Of a DNA stretch of 64,000 bases, positions 54,770 through 64,000 are shown in pieces. The notes beneath the pieces were generated by a model. That model did no database searches. It saw only the letters and a program-made list of their open reading frames with translations, and had not been told where the DNA came from. Positions within the stretch are counted from its first letter, which is position 1, and each line of letters begins with the position of its first letter. The stretch comes from Eledone cirrhosa (lineage: Eukaryota): contig OZ024745.1 in assembly GCA_964016885.1 (NCBI GenBank), forward strand, positions 51,398,001 to 51,462,000. The letters run 5' to 3'. A program made the position numbers and the translations under genes.

Positions 54770-56400
54770 CTCTATAATAGGAATCAGGGCTATTGAGAAC
54801 AATAAAGTAAAAAGAGCGTCACCTTGGAAGATCCCTCTTTTTATATTGACATGTCGAGAACTAATGTTGGTGTACTCTGTGTTAACAATTACGTTTGTTC
54901 TTCAAAGCTTCATGACATTTTGTAGAATATTCATGATTACATGTGGCATTTTGAATATATTAGGCTTTCTCCTAACTAGGAGTGAGAAATGGAATCAAAT
55001 GCCTCTTATAATCTACACTTGCCTTTGAGAATTTTTTTTGTCTGTGGTGACTGTCATCATTCTGTTGGGCCATATATCCTTACGAGCCGCGCTTATATCT
55101 TTTTTGTTCACAAACAATATGTTTCTTGACAATGAAAACTTAAATGGAATCCGTTAGAGCGGATGTGAGGATTTTGAAAATTGATGTATGTAAGGCACGT
55201 TAACGGTCTATAATTTAGGGGGATTTTCATTTCAACATTTTTAGAGATCCATTAACCAGCCTCTTAGGGATGAATTGAGGTCCCTTTATTATAAAACTAT
55301 AACTTAAAGTTAACTTTTAGTGGGAAGTTGTCAAGTGATTAAACCAAAAATTGTGGATTTTGCCTTTTGTGAGATTTCAATTTAGTTTATTTATCCAATG
55401 CAAATTTAACAGTTACACTTAATCTCGCCCACATGTTTTTATATATATATATATCCAGTATTTTGCATTTCTAGGTTAATCCACTACACAATAGAGTCAT
55501 ACTCTTTTCATCAAACCATATTTTGCTAGAAATATAATACACATATATTTTTGTTTTTAGGGAGAACTTTTATATCGAATGTATTTTGTCCTATATGTCT
55601 GTAGAATATTCGGAGGTTATTTTCGAACATATCGCCTGCAAAGGAACTAAATCGTATTTGGTTTGCACATTTTGCTTTATCTTTATTGTTTTGATCTTTG
55701 ATTCTATTTCTTACTTTCTGCTTTTTGAAAGGTATATTTATTGTGTGTTTTTTTTGTCAATACATTTTAGTATTTCCTAATGTAGACCTTGTATCTTAAT
55801 TAGAAATCAGTGTTTTCATGTCAGAACGAAGAACAATGATTTATTCCTTGATTTTTCTTGCTATGTTGGCTGATTTCGAAGGTTTATTACTTTGCTGTTG
55901 AGTTTCATGCTACATGTTTTGATGCGCATAGTAACAGCACAAATCCATTTATCTCTATACTGTTTTGCAAAGTCGTTTTTACCTGAATTATAGTTTTCTC
56001 ATCTTTGTTAAAATTACGGATTTTTGGAAGATCATGGTGGTCATTCCTACCAATTATGTTGAACTTTGATACATTCAACGATTATTTCCTCTTCCAGTAC
56101 TGTCAGATTATTTCTGATAAAATTATCAGCAACAGATCCACTTAAATTGTCATAGGATTTATCATAATGTCCCCTGAATGCTCTCTGTGAAATACATTTT
56201 CTGTCTTCTTTCTCTTTTCATTATTGAGCTTCAACCGCACATTTTCTTTTATTCAATTTATGTTAATATCATAGAGTAGTTTAACCATAATAACATTTCT
56301 TCCTACATTCACAAATGTATTGCTGATGATGATCAGTCTTATGTTTCCATTATTTCTCTCCAGATCCCGGTTCCCAAATGAGAGGGAGGCCAGCGGGCAA
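54770..56400 (-). mobile_element. R4/Dong-like LINE RT remnant (not in ORF track)
   Basis: Manual minus-strand translation gives KIHNFW, NYRPLTCL, EQK..KRGS, DYK.AFDSISHS and IKRGIFQGD. The upstream boundary is approximate. Confidence 0.65.
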
Positions 56401-57315
56401 CACATTAGGATAGACCTTTGTGCTGCGGAAAAGATAGAACTCAATAATAAAAAAAACAACAGATTTAATCCAGGAATAGGTATCAGCTAGCATGGAAAAA
56501 ATATCAAGAAATAAAACAATGGATAAAATAACAATTATGCTTGCTGCCGATTCGGACGAGAATTGTACAGGCTACTAATTTGGAACGACCAAGAAAGGGA
56601 TCTAATTACATAGAAAAATGTTACTCTTACAAATTCTTTTATTTCTGTAGTAGTTTTTCCAAATTTAATTCCAATATAGTCTCGCTGTGTTGAAATTCTG
56701 TAACATGAAAGATCTCTAATACTGAATGTACGTCAAACACGTCCAGGATTTCACCGATGCGTTATTAAAGTTATATAAGAAATCTTAAATGATTACTTTG
56801 ACATTGTGTATAACCAGCAGAAACTGCTCTGTTCTCTGTGGTCTTCTGTGTTTAATAGTCTCGAAAACTCTTGATCTGTACCTTATTCGCGATTGATATC
56901 GATCCTGAAATGATTCACCTTTACTGAAATAAATAATAAATGTATTTTCCCATGTATTATCGGGTGAAAAAGGAAATCACTTTCAAGGAAATTATCTGAT
57001 ATTTAGAATTGGGCAACCGTAGATGGATTTTCTGTTAGAGCTTTGTCGACTGACTCGATATTGATATAATCAGAAATTGACAGATAATACAATTATCACT
57101 GCAAGACACCCTTGCGGGATATATTTGCTGCAAATATTTGTGGGACATACTCATTACAATATTACGAGTCAAATGGCAATTATATACGCTTATATAATGT
57201 ATGTAACGTAAGGATAACATATAGAGCTTATGTAATTGTGAATGCAAACGGATATACATTTTTCCAGGCTTTCACGTCTGATATATCTGATTAAATGACA
57301 TCTTATATTCATTAT

Positions 57316-57500
57316 GGTGAATTGGCAGTATCGGTGGAGGGTCTGACGCCATGCTTTCTAGCATAGTTACGTCCCTTTACGGTCTGAGTTCAAATCCCGC
57401 CGAGGTTAACTTTGCCTTTCATCCTTACGGGGTCAATAAAATAAAGTACCCGTAATACACTGGGATAATTGCTGGCCTTGTGCCAAAAGTAGAAACAATT
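57316..57500 (+). mobile_element. tRNA-derived SINE
   Basis: Same family as 47450 and 31392. Confidence 0.85.
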
Positions 57501-57619
57501 ATATATAGTAGAACCTGAATAATCATAAATGATATAGAGTTTTCTCTAAATTGCGTGAAAACTGTAATTGTACGTAATAGAAATCAACCAACGTCAATAT
57601 ATAGAAAATAATAATTAGC

Positions 57620-59797
57620 ATGCATACTTTGATTGCACCGCCTCCCGTTTCGAATCAGCCGAGAAGAATATTTGCTGCTATGAATCATGATCTTATCAAA
57701 ATGGCCTCCGACGAGATAAATTGGCGCAGCCTAACTGAAAATCAGTCTGTTGAAATTTTGTGGCGAGAAATAAAGAAAATTCTACTTGGGCTAACAGAAA
57801 TGGCAGTGCCACTGAGAACGCCAAAATGCAAGAAACACAAACCCTGGATAACAAAGACAATTATCCGCGAACGGAAGTTAAGAGACGCTGCTTGGGGGCA
57901 CTATCAAGAGACCATGTCTGCAGCGGCATTTGAAGTCTACAGAAAGCAGCGAAATCATGTCGAGCATATTTCCAGAAATGGAAGGCAAAGGTTTTAAAGG
58001 GAACTTGCAAATGATGCCGGTCGTAATCCAAAGTGCTTTTACGCTCACGTGCAGAGAAATCAAAAACTGAAATAAAAAACCCGGAGGTGCAGTTATTGAA
58101 CACGCTGACCAACAAGCTTCTCTTTTTGCCGATGTTTTCACAAATATCTTCAAAGAGGACGATGGCAGAGAACCTCCAAATCTAAACGTGATCGCCCCAC
58201 CAATGCAGCCAACCACCGCCAGATCTGACGAGGTGGAAAAGTTGCTTTTGTCCTTAGATATTGAATAAGGGGCATGGTCCAGACGGTCTACATCCAGCAA
58301 TTTTGGGTGCAGTTGCACCCAACCTTGCTAAACTTCTAGCCACACCATTCAACCTATCATTGGCTACCGGAGTTGTTCCTGCCGACAGGAAAGTAGCTAC
58401 AATTTGCACTATCTTTAAAAAAGGTGACAAAGAAGACCCGGGGAACTACAGACCCGTGAGCCTCACCTCAATTGGCTGTAAGGCCTTGGAATCTCTAATC
58501 AAGCGGGCAATTATGGCTCATCTTGTGTCTTTCACTGCAATTTCTCCATCTCAACACGGTTTCATCCCGAAACGTTCCTGTCTCACAAACCTACTCGTGA
58601 TGAATGGGTGACGAGAATGGGTGACGAGGATAATGGACGATGGAGATGCGGCCGATATTATCTTTCTCGACTTCGTAAAAGCCTTTGGCTCTGTCAACCA
58701 CCGCCTGCTCCTGTATAAGCTCAGAAACTATGGTCTCCATGATTCGATTATAAAGTGGATTGGATCATTTCTTGAGAGACGTACTTGCAGAGTTCGGATC
58801 AATAGCAGTCTGTCATCGGGGGTGGGTGTAGGCAGTGGCGTTTCCCAGGGCTCGGTGTATGGCCCAATTCCCTTCCTTCTATACATCGACATGCCGGACA
58901 TGATTGGTGGAAACGTGCGTCTATTTGAAGATGATGTGAAAATGGTAGCCCATAGGAGCGAGATCGACAATCTCAAGTCCAGCCTCCAGCGCGCCTGGAG
59001 TTGCGCTATTGACTGGGATTTATACCTCAAGGTCGATAAGTGTTGCCATATGGCAGTGGGTACACCTTATAACTCAGCTCTTACCTTCAACGGTGGCACT
59101 GCTCCTTTGAAGGAGGTTGAAGAGACTAAAGATCTTGGTCTGCTGGTCGACTCGTCCTTCAAACCATCAAAACATTGCATTCAAGCCGCAAACAAGGCAA
59201 AGAGCTCTCTTTTTCTTATTCGACGCTCCTTTGCCAACTCACTCCAGAAATTTTCAGGCCTCTCTATGTCGCCCTCTTGAGACCGCACCTAGCATACGGC
59301 ATCCAAGCATCAAACCCATATCTCATCCGGGATATCCATCACATGGAGAGAGTTCAACGACTAGCGACTCGAATGGTACAGGGTCTTCATGAGCTGCCCT
59401 ACGAAAGCCGGCTGAACCTCTTCTTGGAGCGTTGACGGCTACGAGGCGATCTCATTTTGGCTTACAATCTCTTCAATGGCCATTACGATCTCCCTCAAGA
59501 TCCCTTATTCACTCCGGCACTTGAAAGGGGTCTACGTGGATATGACAAAAAGCTGTTTCACCGCCGCTTTCGCTTAAATAGACGGAAAGCTGCTTTCTCG
59601 ATCCGCATCTCTGGACCCTGGAATCGGCTTCCAGAAGAAGTAGTCAACGCGTCAACCACGCAACAATTCAAGGCAAAATTGGACCGGTGTTGGACCACTG
59701 TGTTTCCGACTGTGTAAACTTTGCCCTCTCCCCTCCTTACATGACATCTGAAGCATCTATGTTTTATTTTCTGCCAAATATATTGAATTGAATTTGA
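57620..59797 (+). mobile_element. CR1-clade LINE, 5'-truncated, frameshifted
   Basis: GPDGLHP, PGNYRPVSLTS, QHGF..RSCLTNL, FLDFVKAF, GVSQGSV, FEDD, RPHLAYG, ERVQRLATRMV, WNRLP; ttgaa-repeat tail. Confidence 0.88.
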
Positions 59798-61186
59798 AGA
59801 GAATTAGAAGACAATATCATGGATATCGATAAGAATTGTGTTCACCAGAGTCAATAAAATATACCCTTGGGGGAAATAATTTGAATTGACTATCGTTCCT
59901 GTTATCCATGATTTAGAAAAATAAATATTAACACCAAAAACAAACTAGATGGAAATAATTTAATTATTAACATTAATGTTTTTTTTTTCGTTTATAAATA
60001 TTTCCCTCAATTTGTAGTCTTAAGATTATCAAAGCCTCTATATCAAAATTAATTCATTGATTCAATCAATACAATTCATAAAAATATATTTCTTTGAACC
60101 GTTAGATCTTTTCCCAAAGTAATGATGAAAAGTATGCATCAACGCTACTGTCTTCTGGGAGTTGGTACAGCAGCTGACAACAAACAACTATTAAAGATTC
60201 ATGAAGCTCTCATTTCATTTGATCATTCGGTAAGTTTCTTTTTTTTTAAATTAAGTATTTTTTCCTTTAATTTCATTGAACGCTTGTTAACATCGGTGTA
60301 AAAGCAATTTTGTTAGCAGAGATTTTTAATAAGTTTCATGAAATATTAGGATGATACTCAAGCAGACCAACGAATTAAATAGCCGCTGGAAAATCTCTTA
60401 CGTTGTATAGAACATTGAATTATTCTAGATAGCTATCTCTAATTCATAACTATATTCCCACTCTAGATTATTTTATAAACAATACTTGAGGCGGTCCATC
60501 AATATATGTCATTAAAATCCAATGCATCAAATGATGGTCTTCAAGCAATACATACATTCCCCACTTGACTGCAACTAAATACCATCTCTTGGCGAAACAT
60601 ACATAATGTGACCGAGAAGTAAAGTTTATAAATTCAAAATAATATCATCAATAAAACGTTCATATATAGCAAACTATGCAGATGCATAAAATTATGGAAA
60701 CATTTAGATTTTGTATTTTAGCTTCATCTCCACAGTCTATGCAGTCGAACCCATGACTTTGAGGCTCAGGCTGATTATTGAATAGACTCTTCACTCGGCC
60801 TGCCCGTGGAGTCCACTGCACCTCTGCCCCATACCACGCCACCGACACCCCACCAACCATTTAACCTACTACTCTTCCACCTTCATCTCCAGAAGACAAT
60901 CCTCCGCCTCCAGTTAGATCCACTTTTCGCAATCCCAACTCTCATTTCTTTTAAACATGCACGCTACAATAAAAACCTTCTGGTCCGAGTTCCCTCCCTC
61001 CTCTCCTGCAACACTTCTCTGCTCCGGACCTCGCAGCCACACATACAACTTCATTAGCCACACCATCGCTGGACTTGATGGCTGTCAACTTAGAGCTGGG
61101 CATATAGAAACACACACTCACACACACACACACGTACACAGATATAGGCGCACACACATACGCATACACGTGCGCACGCACACGCA

Positions 61187-61237
<51 letters not shown>

Positions 61238-61239
<2 letters not shown>

Positions 61240-61700
61240 AGGGCAGGTAAAATTCCCGAGATCGATTGACAAGTTCTCTCCAGCGGTCTCTGTCCCTCAT
61301 CATCGCTGACATGTTCTGCGTCTCCAAGAGACCAGCGTCTATCCTTAAAGCATCAACGTATGTTAACCTCGATCTTCCTCTTGCAGTGTGTCCATGCAGG
61401 GTTTTCCACAGGAGCACTGAGTGTAGTGTCAACTCTGAATGTTGGTGAGCATGTCCAGCTAACCTCAGTCTCCTCTGTGCTACTTTTGAGCTGGTACAGC
61501 TCTGAGGTCTTCATCCTCAGTGTATACTGATTAATGTTCAGAGCCATTCTCAGTATTCTCGTGTAGCACCAACCCACCATCTAAGTGAGTTTCTTGGTCA
61601 GTGACCAAGTCTCAGACCTGTACAGCAGCACAGACTCGACTGCAGCAACGAAGAGACGGATCTTCAGGTCCCCACGAAGGTCCGACTTCCACACCGATAT
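61238..61700 (-). mobile_element. RTE/RTEX-like LINE 3' remnant
   Basis: VESVLLY.SETW, CYTRILRMALNI, VLLW...G...RGR.RLTYVD, M.DRDRWR. Confidence 0.7.
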
Positions 61701-61918
61701 CAAAATATATAATTTAAATATACTAATACAATTAATTATTTGACTGCAATGCGAATGTATTATTAATTAACGAAAGTGAACAATGTTAATAATTACATTA
61801 AAAAGCAAATCATGATATACTTAAATATATTTTTATAGAAGAATTATAATATTTACCTGTAATTCGAAGTTAATCTTATGAAGACAGCCACACACACAGA
61901 CACACACAGACACACACA

Positions 61919-62082
<164 letters not shown>

Positions 62083-63124
62083 AATATATCTAATTTAATG
62101 ATTCAAGATAGAAATCTTTATAATGATAAAGGTATTTATATTGGTGATATTTTATTATCCATTCTATCAATTAAATTGCTTTTACCGAAATTCTACTCAT
62201 AATCGTAAATAACCTCTGTACGTTCAATGCAAATTGCATATGTATAAGGCAGTTTATATCTATAACTATCTATAAGCTTTTGTTGAGTAGTAATTGCTGT
62301 CTTGGGTATAAATAAAATAGAACTTTACGCAAAAATGTCATATATAACTACTAGTATTCATGTTCTTATTACCATAATCTAATTCCGTATGCGTTTAAAT
62401 TTTTATTTACTTTTATTTATATTTCCAAAATCAAAATGCTTTATCGTGATGTTAATATTTATTACAGCTCAATACGATTTTTTTAGGTGATTCGTATCAT
62501 AAATTATATTTTAACGATCTATTATTTTAATTTTACAGGATTTTATAATTTATGTCAAAACTGTATATTAGACAATAAACTGTGAAATTAATGATTTAGA
62601 TTATGGAGAGGAAGGCGCGCTGAATTGGAAAGCGCCGACGTGATATATTTGAGAATAATAGAGTATGAAATGTAAAGATTGAGAGAAAGGGAAGACGAGA
62701 AGCTATCAGCATCATTAATTAATTTAATTGTTTACGGAATAATGCTTATAGTATTTATTTAATCTTTTATTTTAGTTTGACACGAGATATAGTAAAATCA
62801 ATACTATAGTAGTATTAATCATTTAGTGCTCAGCTAAATCATATAATGTCATCAACATTTTCAGTGATAATAATCATGGCTCACGATCGGGATGTCTAGC
62901 TAAATATTCATCTAAACTTTTCTATGAAGGGCATTTTTTAACATGCTATATATCTGGTATGACCAGAATATAAAATAAAGATATTTCTCATATTTCGTAT
63001 ATTTTATATCTTTCAGAAAGCAATGTTTCATTGCAAATTGTTTTGTAAGAATTACTCAAAAGAGTTCATGAGAAATAACAATTCCTACGCAGTTGGAATC
63101 AACAACGTCGATTTTAACTACTAA

Positions 63125-63155
<31 letters not shown>

Positions 63156-63452
63156 AAAAAAAAAAAAAACCAAAAAAAAACCAAAAAAAAACAAACAAAC
63201 AAACCAAAAAAGAAAACATTTCCGTGTCAAGTATTTCTAAAAGTAGGATTTATGAATGTTTATCTTCAGATATTCTGCTTCACTATGTGACGACTATTTC
63301 TTCAACTTTCTATTAAGCTATGTACAATTGTCTGCAACTGTATCTATCGTTCATCCTTTCCATCAGAATAAAAGAGACCTGTCTAACTAGTTGTTTTGTG
63401 CATACAAATCTATCTATCTATATGTCTGTCTGTCTCTCTCTCTCTCTTTCTC

Positions 63453-63551
<99 letters not shown>

Positions 63552-63585
63552 GCACACACACACACATGTATATCCATATATATAT

Positions 63586-63669
63586 AACGAAGGAATTGTG
63601 GTAAGGAACCTGATGGACCATAACGCACCAGAGTACTCAATACTTAGGGTAGTAGAGTGGGTAATAGTT

Positions 63670-63672
<3 letters not shown>
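63586..63672 (-). mobile_element. Tail fragment of family B element in (TA)n
   Basis: Reverse complement of 8269-8352 and 8056-8136. Confidence 0.75.
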
Positions 63673-63702
<30 letters not shown>

Positions 63703-63892
63703 GTTATTCCGGGTTGAATCGGAGGTAACCACAGTAAGTAAGGTACTCAATACATAGCAGAGTATAAAAGTTTTAATATAGATGAGATTCTACAGGACTA
63801 GAACTGTTTCATTCATTAGAAATCATCAGCGATTCCTGATGATTTCTAATGAATGAAACAGTTCTAGTCCTGTAGAATCTCATCTATATTAA

Positions 63893-63896
<4 letters not shown>
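63703..63896 (+). mobile_element. Fold-back HHR element in (TA)n (family A, copy 2)
   Basis: Perfect 61-bp arms at 63769-63829 and 63836-63896 with a 6-nt spacer; same leader as 22335. Confidence 0.88.
63831..63879 (+). ncRNA. Type I hammerhead ribozyme
   Basis: gauuc CUGAUGA uuucuaaugaau GAAA cag-uucuaguc-cug UA gaauc. Confidence 0.82.
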
Positions 63897-63938
<42 letters not shown>

Positions 63939-64000
63939 AAGAGGTAAACAGAAATAACAACACAATCGGTACAGTATATGGAAGGTATATATTAGGTTAA

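Noticed and set aside
60760-61100. GC-richer segment, possibly a LINE 3' fragment
   Set aside because: No diagnostic motif was recognised.

Overview
AT-rich, microsatellite-dense eukaryotic DNA with no supportable host gene. The SINEs and (TA)n/(CA)n density resemble octopus/cephalopod genomes; this is an inference. The window is a transposable-element landscape. It holds two L1/Tx1-type LINEs next to (TATC)n (one nearly intact) and CR1, RTE and R4/Dong-like LINE remnants. It also holds mariner (DD34D-type) and maT (DD37D) remnants, a Chapaev3-like transposon with TIRs and a TAA TSD, tRNA-derived SINEs, a foldback-like element and a Penelope-like GIY-YIG fragment. The main signal outside the ORF track is a dense set of short non-coding fold-back or tandem elements inserted in (TA)n that carry type I hammerhead ribozymes (HHRs). 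I count about 9 complete-looking cores plus about 8 half or degenerate ones, from several unrelated families. They include a tandem retrozyme-like repeat (481-nt cleavage-to-cleavage unit), a pair with the compensatory U3-A8 core (UUGAUAA), and hairpins whose fold-back point lies inside the ribozyme. Structures were read by eye and no folding or database searches were run.
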